This document shows positions 1 to 12,311 of a DNA stretch of 64,000 bases, in pieces (within the stretch, counting starts at the first letter, position 1; every line of letters begins with the position of its first letter). The notes under the pieces were generated by a model. That model made no database searches, was not told the origin of the DNA, and saw nothing but the letters and a program-made list of their open reading frames with translations. Source of the stretch: Geosiphon pyriformis uo1 (lineage: Eukaryota; Fungi; Glomeromycota); assembly GCA_016748015.1 (NCBI GenBank), contig JAAOMT010000029.1, positions 174,896-238,895 on the forward strand, given 5' to 3'. The position numbers and the translations under genes are program-made.

Positions 1-1810
1 ACAACAACAATTGAGGAGCGGTTCATAAAAGTCGTCTTTTAACTTTGTAAAAGAATTAGTCTATTTGCCTAAGGTAAGAGATTATATACTGTACATTATC
101 TTATTTAATTATCTTACATTTAGATGACTCTTAATAGATCTAATCGTGATCGATCATCTTTCATTTTCCGTTTGTAAGTTGATCTTTTCATCATTGATAC
201 ATTCTAGATAACCTTTATTATATTATAAATTTTAAATATAAATGAATATTCTCTTACACCTAAGAAATATTATTCAAAAAAATAGCAAAATTCAAAAAAT
301 AGATTGCACACGTTTCGAAGGATTAAGATGAAAATTTATGCCTCAGCCAGAACTTTCTTTTAAATTCATATCTATATTTTAAAAACTCCAACCCGAAGAG
401 CTCTTTACTTTTTAGTCAAGTATAACGATTTTGCGCGGAAAAAAATTTGGAACCCAACCATGATTCTTAAAAAAGAAAGCTTTTCTTTTCACTTATTGAT
501 CAATTAATAGACTATTTTCTCATCATTTTTTAAAGCAAAATCGCAATGCCATTCACCACAAAAAAAAAGTGACTTAGGGAAATTGGATCATATTATGCCA
601 TCCTGTGACCAATTTTTTTCAGAGAAAGCTTGAATATACTATAGCTAAAGCCATCATATTAAATGTGATGATTCAAGTGAGAATATTTTTATTTTTTTCA
701 ATGGAATAAAACTATTCTTAATAGAGTCAAATCTTTAATCTTTCAATAAAATTGGTGCACATTAAATCAGCCTCTAATGAAATTATCTTATTTTGCTCAA
801 TAGATTTAATTAGAAAATTTATTATATTTTGAACAATTAACAGCCATATCCTTTTGATGAAAATATAAACATTATAATTGGCTCGGAAATATATAATCGG
901 TCATGGTAGATTGTACCACTGTACCTACAAAGTAATTTGCCCCTAAAATCACATTTTTCCTTAACTGACTACCTTCTTTTAAAAAGAGCAGAGATGGACA
1001 TTAATAACCCCTGAAGTTATAGAAAGGATATCAGTTTTATCTTTATAATTCATCTTTTGATATGGCTCAAGAGAAGAAACAAAATTCTTTTAAGAGTGTT
1101 ATTCTTCAAATCTTTGCTTTTTCTTACCCGAGTCGCCAAAACCCTTTTACCAACTACATGTATCACACAGGCAACTAAAAGTTCAAAGCATTTTGAATCT
1201 TGGTGATTATCATTTATAGATCATGATCCCACACCCAATCAATCAAATATCTCGGGAACATATCCACGAATATAAATTGATTTCAATAAAAGGGATTAAC
1301 TCCGAATAGTATTCAATAAAAGGAAATCTTTTATTCAAAATAATAAGGGGAATGCTTTGACCAAACTTTCTTTTGAAAATCAAAGGAAAAAACGCTAGAA
1401 AATGATTTTATAGCTAAAATTTCTATTACTCAATTTTTTTAAAAAATTTGGCTCCAACGAGGTTATTTTGTAATAAATTAAAAATTTAAAGCAATTTAAT
1501 TCAAGATTTTAATTTGACCAACGCCTCCTTTCTTGTCAATTCCACGTGTTAATTCGATTCGATAGTATAAGATTTATCAATAGAATGGTTGAAAATCTTT
1601 TCTGCGACCATTTTAAATCAGTGCAGCCATCTGCATATGTACCATTTCGGCAGTTTTGTAAATAAACTCTGCGAAAAAAAGAGGAATTATTCACTTGGCA
1701 ATAATTTTAAACTCACCCGTTTACACTCTTTTTTTTCCATTCATCATTCTATGACTTATTTTGAGAAAAAGATTTTGGCACGCCTGAATTATCACATTTA
1801 ATATTTACAA

Positions 1811-2958
1811 ATGAGTCAGAATAATACTCATATTCAAGAATGGATAGGGTTCCCATTAGTAATGGCAGGTTTAATCCTGACCTTATCTGCTTCTTTACGA
1901 ATGATTTTACTCCAAAAAAGCGCCTCAAAATTTCACCTTTTCCCTATAATCAACGCTCTCATGCTAATAACAGAAATCAGTACATTAGCACGAATTTTTT
2001 GGCTTATGATTGAGATGGATGGTATACAAATCTCAATGATAGGAAAAACTATAGATGATTTCATTTATATTTTTGCAAAACCTTTGATTCTTTACCTCTC
2101 TTACCTACGATGTTCTACTGTATCTCCCCTATGGAGAAAATTTCCATGGTTCCATTACATATTTTTCTTTCTTCGTATTTCACAAATTATATCAGGTAAA
2201 TCTTGACAACTAATATACTTTTTTAATTAAACAGTGTTCTACTATGCTTTTTTGATCAAAAAATGTTCTAATATGCTTTTTTTATTTTGTTTTATAAATT
2301 AGTGTTTATCGGGGATCTCATATATATTTGGAAATGTGACTTTGATATGAAAAACCCAAAGTGCCATCATTTATCAATTCTGCAAAATATTCGTGATGGC
2401 TTTGCTCCCATTCCTCGAATTTATTATATGATTTCAGAAGGCATCTTTTTTTATGTCCTATTTCAAACTCTCAAGAAATTTGACATATACGGAGAATCTT
2501 CTCAAATATTAAGGCGTCGGCGATATCAAGCCATCCTTTTGCTAACCGATATTCTCCTATCAATAATGATGATTATTTATCGTTTGTTAAATGTTTTCTC
2601 GTCGGTACCAACCTATGACTACGCAGACGTATTTTGTACAGCATTCACCGTGTTCAATATGACTTATTTTGGCTTAAAAATACCTACCCTGTTTCATAAT
2701 CAAACACGAAGCAACCTACAATTCACGAAATTTTCTAAAGACTCGGGACCAAAAATTTCACCAGCCGCTGAAGCCCACTTCACAACCTATTCTAGTAGCC
2801 CTTCCGAACCTTTCAAACTACCAACCAACATTGAGAATCCGATTTACAAGGTCAATGAAAAATCTCATCTTAAAAATGAGGATAGAAGTTCAAGTTCGGC
2901 TCAAGCCTCAGCTATAAAGTTTATGTTAAATTGCGTCACCAAAGAAACCCAGATTTAA
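1811..2958 (+). CDS. 7-transmembrane (GPCR-like) protein, ~346 aa, 2 exons (1811-2195, 2303-2958)
   Basis: The ORFs 1811..2206 and 2287..2958 join in frame through a GT(2196)..AG(2302) phase-1 intron (G+TG=Val). There are seven hydrophobic segments, from WIGFPLVMAGLILTLSASL to YADVFCTAFTVFNMTYFGL, followed by a Ser/Pro-rich cytoplasmic tail. Confidence 0.85.
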
Positions 2959-4157
2959 TGACATTAGTTTGCAAGATATCTCGGAGGGCTTCCCAACTAC
3001 AAGTAGTGATGCACAAAGATGAAGAGAATTTGGGTTAATAAGAAAGCCAAGAAAATTTTGAGAATTTTCCCTTTAAAAAGGTTCTTCAAAAATTTATGTT
3101 CATCAAAAAAAGTTTTTAAAAAGATTAGGTACTCTTTTAATATACATTTTCAAGAATCGCTTCATTTTATTTACACGCAAGGACAAATAGAAATGTACAA
3201 AGATATTTATTTTGATAGAATTTTTAAAACTGTTTTTTTTTAAATGTAAATTCCAACTAAATCAGAAAACTCTTTTGACATTATACAAAATGCTGAAATT
3301 TTATTTCAAAGAAATAGATATTTTGCTATTTTTATCGTTAGGAAATCAACAATGATTTCGGGTTTTTGTCTTCTTTCAAATATAGTTCTACAGTCGGGAA
3401 AATATTTTGTACATCTGTTATTTTAAATTATATATATTATTTTTTGTTTAAGATGAATATTTATCGATACCTAAAATAAATAAATAAAAATAAAAATTAT
3501 TCCGAGTTTTTCAATCTAAGCTTTTTAGGATCATGTATATTGTTTGATATTTTCATTTGAAATGATCAACTAAATTTTTTAAAAGTATTAGATGATTGAC
3601 TTTTATTAATATAATCGTGAATAGTAAATTTCTTTTTCCAATTTTTTAAAAGTTAATATTTTCTGATTATCGAAATAATAATTGAACATAATTTGTATTC
3701 AAATAAAAATTTTTTTGCCCCATTATTTTCGAAAATAATGTTAATTTGAATTTTGAATTTTTATAAAATATCCAATTGAAAAAATAAAAATAAATGTTTA
3801 TAATGGAAACATAAAGATTAATTTAATAGCTGAATCAATTTATTTCATCAAATTAAAGAGTTTATCGTTAAAATTTGTTTTTTACTTTATTTTCAAAAAT
3901 TTATTTTTTGCATTATTTTTTGGCTTAACAATTAGTTTTTTTGTTGTTGTCATCATTGTATTAGAAATAATATTATATAAAAATAATTAAAAATTTTACT
4001 AAAATTAAAATGAAGTTTGATTCTAAAATCAAGGATAGGACTTAAAAAATATGATTCTTATTTGTTGAATAACAATTAATTTTACGAAAAAGAACTAAAA
4101 CCGTTTTTCATAAAGAAATGTTTTTTTTGTAAAGGTTTTGTTACACGGATAAAATAT

Positions 4158-4854
4158 TTAATAGATTTGTGACCCTTTCGTTGACATCCAAATATCTTTG
4201 AAACGGTCATATACGTTCCGCATTCCACGACCTTTGATCCTAATCTCTGGGGTCGTATTGTCACTTTTGTTTGAAAATGATAAAAAGAGCAAGTTAAAAG
4301 AGAATACTTTTTTTTTTTTAAGAAACCAATTGAATCTGAAATACTTACACTGCATAGACTATCATTGTTCCACCACCCGTACACGTTTGCATGCAATTAC
4401 GGTGAAACTGTAAGTCAGTGATACGACGGATATCCTAATTGGAAAAAATATTTTTCATTTTAAAATTTAATTGAATTAGAAAATACAAGGGGTACGTAAA
4501 TTTATCTTTTTAATTGTCAAGAAGCATACAATAACGTCTTCATTTGCTCCACAACATCCAGAGGTGAATTCTATACTTCTGTTAGTTATTTTGCATTTTG
4601 CTATTTTTATTATGAAAAAAATTAAATTAAATTAAAGATTCAAAGAACATAATGTGAAAGAAAGTATATATATAGTAAAAAGGTCCGAATCTTACTTGGA
4701 GAACAAATGAGTAGCGAAAAAAAGCCTGACGTCTTTCCCTCCCAGATTATTTGCTGTTTTTTCACATCAAAAAAGAATGTTATCATAATATTTGACAAAA
4801 GTTTATTAAAAAAAATTCAATGATTTAAACCTTTTCTTGGGTTGGAGCTGCCAT
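4158..4854 (-). CDS. small PH-fold protein, bPH_2 (YdbS-like bacterial PH domain) family, ~114 aa, 5 exons
   Basis: Exons 4854-4831, 4753-4696, 4600-4530, 4434-4349 and 4263-4158 are joined by GT-AG introns with matching phases. Product: MAAPTQEKQIIWEGKTSGFFSLLICSPTKCKITNRSIEFTSGCCGANEDVIDIRRITDLQFHRNCMQTCTGGGTMIVYAVDNTTPEIRIKGRGMRNVYDRFKDIWMSTKGSQIY. The pattern ITNRxI..SG....E.IDIRRI.D.....Q..GxGT....D..P.I.I.G is typical of bPH_2. The ORF track shows only the last exon. Confidence 0.8.
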
Positions 4855-6114
4855 TTTTTAAAACTTGACGTGAAAAAAAAAATTATCAAGAATGGTCTTA
4901 GGCTTTGAAGGTATAAGTTGCGCCTGTACTTATATCATTTATTTCGGAATCAGTCGAAGCAACCAAAGTTCTACAAATTTATTAGTGTCACGTTTGACTC
5001 TAAAAATAAAACTTTTGCTCCATAAAAGAACAACCATCTGTGCCGTAAAAGCTTTGAAAAGATGACATATTTAGGTTCTTTTTTGATCTCCCACTAGAAT
5101 ATTCTTTTTACCCTATCAAGATTTTCTGTTTTACAAAACAAAACTTTGAGAATCATAATTAAATATAGCTACACTATTTCCCTTTTTAATATTTAACTTA
5201 ACTTTTTCGTATAGCAATCTCCGAAGGATCTTTTTTAATAGAGAAGAACAAAAAAAACTCATAAATGACGGGATTTTACGTATTTGTAACACAAATTCAC
5301 CCTTATGCACGTTGGGGAATCACTTGAGTTTCCTTTTGCAAGAAAATCTTCTCTTTATGGAAAAAGTCTGCGTACATAAGATATTGAGTTTTTTCACCAC
5401 TACCACTAATGAAATGTGCAACCCTTGAACGTTTTAACTTTTTAATTCTATATCACTTTCTCGTCCAAACCTTCACTTTTCATAATATATTAGGATTAAA
5501 AATAAAACGTTGTGAAACTATCTGAAGGGAAAAAATAATACAGTTTCTGGTCTTTTAGACCAGTAAAATATAAAAGTTCACTTGCTTTGAAATAAAATTC
5601 AAGATTTTTTGTAATTAGAACTCCCTATCTGTTGTAAATTAACTTTCTCATGCGTTTAGTAAAGGAAGCTATCCAGTTAAGAGTATTCAAAAATATTTGG
5701 TAACATGTCACGAATTTAAAAAAATTTGTCATTCTTAAAAAACAAAAATCGCCACGAGAGATAGATATTATATGGCATTAGCATCACTTTGTGTTATCAA
5801 TTTATTCAAAATTTCCAAATTTATTATTATTATTATTATTATTATGAACTAAAAAGATTTAACCATATTGGAGTAAAAGTTTTCATGGGGAATTTGAAGA
5901 AAATCTGAGGGCAAAAATCTAGGATTTATTATTATTGAATGAGTAAATTATTTCTTATTAAAAACTAATTTAAGAATACACTTAAACGTTTTTGACGAGG
6001 AAACAATCATTATGAGATTAATTTTAATTTAGGTACATGATATATTTCCGAAGATCAAATTAAATAATTCCACTAACTTCCTTATCTAGTCTTGAATCAA
6101 AGATTCTACAAATC

Positions 6115-6564
6115 TTATTCTAAATTATTGAAGATTCCTTTAGCAGCAAGGAACAAAACCAATGCTGTGAATAAACCATCTAAAGCACGAGTTCCAGTGA
6201 CATTTCCATATGATGATGATGATGTTTTTGTTGAGTTTGATGAAGTCGAGTTGCTCTTGCTTGTTGTATTGGTGCTAGCAGCTCCAGATGGAGAAGCATC
6301 TTTAGTACTGTTGCTGGAAGATGATGAGGCAGACTCGGTTCCAGATGGAGATGCGCTACTGGAGGACTTGCTTGAAGTACTGGTTGTAACAGGTGTTGCA
6401 GCTTGCTTAGAATCGCTCGCAGTTCCTGATGTTTGGGTCGAGTTTGCATTTGAAGTTGAGTTGGAAACCGCAGCTGAAGTTGTGGCTGGTGGATCAGCGG
6501 CCAACACACCAATAGTGAACAAGAAGATGCATAGAGCGAAGACGGCGGTAAACTTCATTTTCAA
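6115..6564 (-). CDS. secreted Ser/Thr-rich, probably GPI-anchored cell-surface protein (149 aa)
   Basis: Signal peptide MKMKFTAVFALCIFLFTIGVLA, an S/T-rich body with several NxS/T sequons, and a hydrophobic C-terminus (LFTALVLFLAA). Confidence 0.85.
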   Translation of the reverse strand: MKMKFTAVFALCIFLFTIGVLAADPPATTSAAVSNSTSNANSTQTSGTASDSKQAATPVTTSTSSKSSSSASPSGTESASSSSSNSTKDASPSGAASTNTTSKSNSTSSNSTKTSSSSYGNVTGTRALDGLFTALVLFLAAKGIFNNLE

Positions 6565-9524
6565 TATGGTTTTTTAGATAATAAAGGTTTAACAGAAAAA
6601 AATGATGTGGATTTCTGAAATTTAAAAAAGGACAAATCTTAAACGCAAAAGATATTAAGAGACAAAATATCCTATGAGATAATTTCAAGAACAAAAATTT
6701 GGCCCGTTTAAATAAAACTTGGTTGAGAGTTTGTAGAACCACGAAAGGAGACATTCCCAGACAAAAGATCCTACACGTGGGGCCTATCATAATTTACTGT
6801 CTTTACAAATTTGCAAAACAAAAATTTTTGTACCTAAAAACAAAATTTATCAGCAGATTTATCTTCAAAAGATTTTTTATCTGTGAATGTGTGACGCAAA
6901 TTACGAAATAGAATTGTTGGCATGACATTCCCATGTAAAATCTTGCTATACATTGTGTAGATTTAGAGTTAAATTAAAATTTAGAATTTAAATTTTATCG
7001 GGTTTGTCCACCTAGAAAAAAGAACAAAGTCAAGGTGAAGGGTAAAGGATGAAAAGTGGAGTGTGGAGGGTACAAAAATTATCAAAAGTTACACTTATAT
7101 AACGCCATATAACAGTAAGAATAATCCTATTCGATTAAAGCTCGATAGTTACAAATTGATTGTGAGCAGTAAATAATGTCATTAGTTCCTTATTTGATTT
7201 GAAATTTCGAATCCTTGTGTAATTTGTAATTTGTGAACTTTTCGATAATTTAGCCATTTTACATGTAGCACAAAGAAAAAATCTAATAAATGTGCTCACT
7301 CTCAGAATTTATCTTGCCAGACAAATAGAAATTTTTAAAGTGAAAGATAAAAATATTGAAGGATTCTAAATCATTTCAACGTTCTAAAATCCATGCAGAA
7401 GTTTGCATACTTTTACATTTCATTGTATTGGGAATTCAAGAAGAAATTATTCAAGGTTTGACAGAGATGATGCAGTTTTTTGCAGGAATCAGCCTTTTTG
7501 TGAAGTCTAATATAGTATACCGTTGGCAATTTCGCACTACTTTCGTAAAATTATAGTGCCCAATGAATTTTGTGCGTCGAATTTTTTTGTTCAGATTTTA
7601 AAGTTCATTGACAAAATTCACAAAGGTTTGCAACCGTTTTATTAATCTTAATTATGAAAGCATAATTCTATGTAACATTTTAAGTTATATTAGGTCAATT
7701 AGGTTAGTAACAGTTATTAAAATTTTAGTTTTAAAATTGTTCTCAACTTTATTAATAATATCCAGGAATTAATGTAAAAGTTTCAATCTTTATAAAATAT
7801 CTAAAAAAGTCTAATCTTCAGAAAAAAGATAATTTGATGAAGCATGTAAAAACCTTTACAAATTCCAGAGGAATTCCACTAAATTACCCTGCTAATCTAA
7901 TTATTTGAAATTTATCATTCACCAAAATTTACCAACCCCTTAAAGTATATTCATGATTTCCTTTGTATAGTAACACGATTATATTATATGTCCAATAACA
8001 TATATTGTTGATAAAATCTCGTGAAAGTTCATATTTTATACTTACCATTTTTAGAAAATTGGCGAAACATTTAATTTTGACAACGAATTAATCTCAACCA
8101 AAATTCAACAATAATTAACCCAACTTACTGACATCCTTCTTGACTTCAAAAAAAATGGTTTACACAAATCAAAAAATGTAACTTTATCAAAATATATGAC
8201 AAGATGGTTTCACTAGTGAGCTAAAATTTGAAAAATATAATAATTTCAAAAAAGTGAATTAAAAATTCGAGTCAAAAACGTTTCCCAATTCGCGAAAGCA
8301 GTTTCTAATAGAATAATTTTTTTTTCATATTATTCGATTTAAATAGACCAAAAATTTTTTCTGGTTACAAGGTCCAACTTTTCTGAATATCTCTTGAACA
8401 ATAATGCATTAAAACGATGGCTCCTAATATACAAGTCTCAAAAGCGAAGGTCTTAAAATTTCATATTTCAAACGAATTTGGGTATTTTTTTTCTTCTAAC
8501 AAAAGTATAGACAAGACTACATGTATCTTTGCCTAATAATTTTGATGTTTTTTAATATTAACATACTATCTGAAGAATCTTCTGCATTTACCCTCCTAAA
8601 TTCTTATCCACTTATCAATCAAAAAATTCAATTTATGCGGTGAAAATAGGACTTCGTTAAAGAAGAAAATTCTCGAGATTTTCAAATTAACTGTATTTAA
8701 ATGCTAAAAATTTCCAAACATCATATTTCTCTTTCGAATCTTCGTGAATAAAACGATCAGTGATTAGGTTTCACCTTTTTTCTAAGACAGAGTATCAATA
8801 TTTGATAAAATCTCATGACCTCTGAAAAGGTTTCACGTTTGACTAACCCCTTGTTAAAACACAATTAACATAAGAAAATGTCCCCTTTAGAGATCTTTCA
8901 TTTTTTGGCTCAATTCTGTTTGAACTCTGTGTTGTTACCTAAAACCTTAAAATAGCCAATGATCTTTCACCTCTTTTTAAAATTATATGAAAATACAAAT
9001 TAGGCAAAGAAAGGATTTTCAAAAGCCCCTTAATAGCACATATATAGGCTATCTGTAAAAATGAAGGTTTAACAACCCAAAATTAATGTTGTGCCTTCTG
9101 TTCTAACTGTATGCCATTCAATTGCATGAGGAGAGAGCAACTTTACCAGATCCTAAATAATATTACCCCTTTTTTCATTTCATGATCATTTTTGTGCTAA
9201 TTGTTTCTAGAACCACTAGCATGGAATAATGGAGTATGTAAGTTTTCTTCGGCTAGAACAAAATAAAACCAATATAAAAGCCAGTTTCTGAGTAATTGAG
9301 GTTTCTTAGGCCTTTAGTGTTGAACACTTTCTGGTTTTTTATCGTGATATTAGTGTTCTTAAGATTTTTAAAGAATTTAGAATTTTTGAGGGTTAATGAA
9401 ACGCTAGAAAACATAGGATAAATTTCAGGGGGGCTTTGCTTACATTAGGGAATTTATATATATATATATATATATATATTAATATTTGTACAAACAATCA
9501 GATCAAGATTAGATCAGCTCAAAA

Positions 9525-10401
9525 ATGCTTACAATTGGGGGACTGAGAAAGAACCGAACGAGACTTGAAAAAAGCGTGTCAATTCAACGACGAAGCGTAT
9601 CTTTATTATGGTGGGGACTGCTTTTCTGTGCTTTGATCTTTCAACTTATAGTAATACCAAGTTGTAATGGTAAGTTAATATAATTACGAGAATTAGTAAT
9701 TTTCTCGCATTTAAACAAAAATTATTAATTTATTAATTTTTACAGCAGCGACCATTGAGAAAACGAAACCACATAATCATAGAAATCATAAAGTTATTGA
9801 TGAAAAAAGTACTGAAGACCGAAAACTTGTGACTAAACTTGGCAAGCCGACTCACATATCCATTCAAAGAAAAAAAGCTTCAAACCATGTTCAAGAACAT
9901 AAATCATCAAAAACGAAATCTCACCAACCCGAGCATAAGAAAAAACTACAATTAAATACTACCAAAAATGATCGAGAAATTCCTGAAAAAAAATCATCTG
10001 CATCTAAATCGTCATCCTCATCAACAGAAAACAAGACAGCCAAAACTATAAACGAAACCATTCCAACTTCTGTTATTAATGAACCATTGCCAACTGAATC
10101 AATGTCAACATTAACATCATCAACGCCCACAGCGACAGCCACACCGATTTCAGATTCAACTGGTGGTTTTAGTGACACGAAAGACAATGGAAAAGAAGAT
10201 TCCACCAACATTCCAGGAAGATCAATTAAAGTGACATCCGCTGCACCTTATGTAACCGTGGGAGTGATTGGCATATTTGGAGCATTTCTTCCTACCTCAG
10301 CCTATATAATTGCAAAGAGAATGAGAATGACTAAAAAGTCAAAACAGACCAAGTTGGATGAGTTTGCCGAGTATAATCAAGATGCCATGGTGTTGCCTTG
10401 A
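9525..10401 (+). CDS. mucin-like membrane protein, 2 exons (9525-9669, 9746-10401)
   Basis: ATG at 9525 opens MLTIGGLRK...LLWWGLLFCALIFQLIVIPSCN (signal or anchor). The donor is G|GTAAGT at 9670 and the acceptor TACAG| at 9745 is in frame with ORF 9829..10401. The ectodomain is K/H-rich then S/T-rich, and a TM (VTVGVIGIFGAFLPTSAYIIA) precedes a basic tail. Confidence 0.75.
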
Positions 10402-10849
10402 ATAAATTCAGTTGATCTGAATTCAAAGGATTTTTTGCCCGTTTTTTTTTGGGATTAGAAATCTCAATTTAGTTTTCGAAAATTTAACATAGCGTTTCTT
10501 TCAAACCTCAGCTTTTAAGGATTTGATATCCTGATAAACTTTACATTTTAGAAAAATTTTTACAAAATTATGTATCTCTTTAGTAAAAATAAAAATATTT
10601 TGAACTTTCTACCACTTATGAATCAAAGAGTGCTTTCGAAATTGTGTATTTTTATTGAATCATCGTTGTTACGTTACTCAACTTTAAAAACCATTATTTT
10701 CTAGTTCCACAAGGTCAAGTGATCAAGTCAAAAAAATTACATAAAATTTTTTTTTCACTTTCTCAACTTACCCTCATGTGGGGAAACAGAATATACAGTT
10801 ATTTCAATCGCGGGTCCTCTGGATGAAGTATATTGGAATTTCAGAATAA

Positions 10850-11950
10850 AAGCGATATAGAAATATTTTGATGGCAAGTTAGATTATTGTATTAGATCCC
10901 TTGAAACCATTGATGACTGTGAGAAAGGGATCAGGAAAGAAAAAGCATGGTTGCTTCTTGATAGATATAAAAAGGTGAGTAAAAAGTTTTTTTTGTTGGG
11001 AATGTAGATGGGGAATTTATTCAGTAATTAATGGCAACGATTCAAGTTGCCGAAAGAAAGCTAGCTAATGCACATAAAATGAGGCTAATAATATAAAATA
11101 ATGGAACTGCAGGAATTAAAAACATGGCTCGAAGCGAATTCCCAGTGGTGTGACGAGAATCGGGCATTAATTGCTAATCATTGAATTATTTCTATCAGGG
11201 TACTCGACCTGATCGTCAAATAGCAAAAAAATAGGATGAGGGTAAATCGGCCAGAATGATTGGTCGAACTTCGATTCACCTTCATAAAGGAAATTCTTGG
11301 GGGAGACTATAACAGTATCAACTGTGAAACTTTGGTAAATTTTACTACAAGTAGGCCGAAAAAAAGAAATCAGGAAGACAATCATACAGAGCTAGGTCTT
11401 TAAATCACGATTAGCTATAAAGCTATGAAAGATATCTTTAATTATTGGCTCTTTTCTCAAGAATGCTCACAAGAGAAACAATTGACAATTAAAATTGAAA
11501 AGGCAAACATAGACACTGATCAAGAACAGCCAACTGATAATGAATCTGAAACATCACCTATCGAGGCTGATTGACATCTAAAGAAGCTTACTTAGGAATG
11601 GACCCGATATTGAAGAGTGGTCGCAGACTGGAAAAAGTTATTTATCAATTCGCTAAAAACCTGCCAGAACAGCTGTATTTGCATTCGTTCATAATCAATG
11701 ACATTGATCTAATCATCCAAAAAATTTTCTCTGAAGAGGAATGGAAGGAAATTATTACTTTGAATTTAAGGTAAAGCCAACGCTTGAATTTCTTTTGGAA
11801 GTGTTTGAAAAATATACTGTTGACGATCTTTAGAGATTACGAAAAGTTCTTTCATACCTGATTATGGTGAATAAAATACTTTTATTTGGATTTGGAGTTT
11901 TATTAACTATGCCTATCGAGGAATGCTACGTTTGTGGGAGAGAAAAGTAA
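10850..11950 (+). pseudogene. decayed copy of a multicopy Mucoromycota/AMF-type gene family of unknown function
   Basis: Protein-like fragments (EKGIRKEKAWLLLDRYKK|gtgagt; LKSGRRLEKVIYQFAKNL..LHSFIINDID..IFSEEEWKEI; INYAYRGMLRLWER) are broken by stops and frameshifts. The family is recognised from memory only. Confidence 0.5.
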
Positions 11951-12311
11951 ATCTCTTTATAATTTTAAATGAGATTAATTTATTTATAACTTATTGAATT
12001 TGAACAATGATAAAAAATTTACAATATTAATTTTTATAATATGCTATTATTATATATAAAACAAATTGATATTAATTAATATGTTTAGAAAATATCAAAT
12101 GCAAAACTTTGATATTTTAAAACCATGTTTAATGGTAAGAAAAAAAACAATTCATTTATTCCCCTAGTATAATGTTCAAAAAATGAAGCATTTACTTTGT
12201 GTGAAAAATTTCATTATTAATCTTAAGGTTAAAAATTGGAAATCTCAAGCAATTGTTAGGGAAATCAAAAAGGTTTTGAAATTCACTATCTTATTAAAAG
12301 AATGAAGGTGT

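Noticed and set aside
6092-6577. Antisense ORF of 161 aa (also 9921..10211, 13680..14003, 42727..42966 and similar)
   Set aside because: Shadow frames of real genes on the opposite strand.
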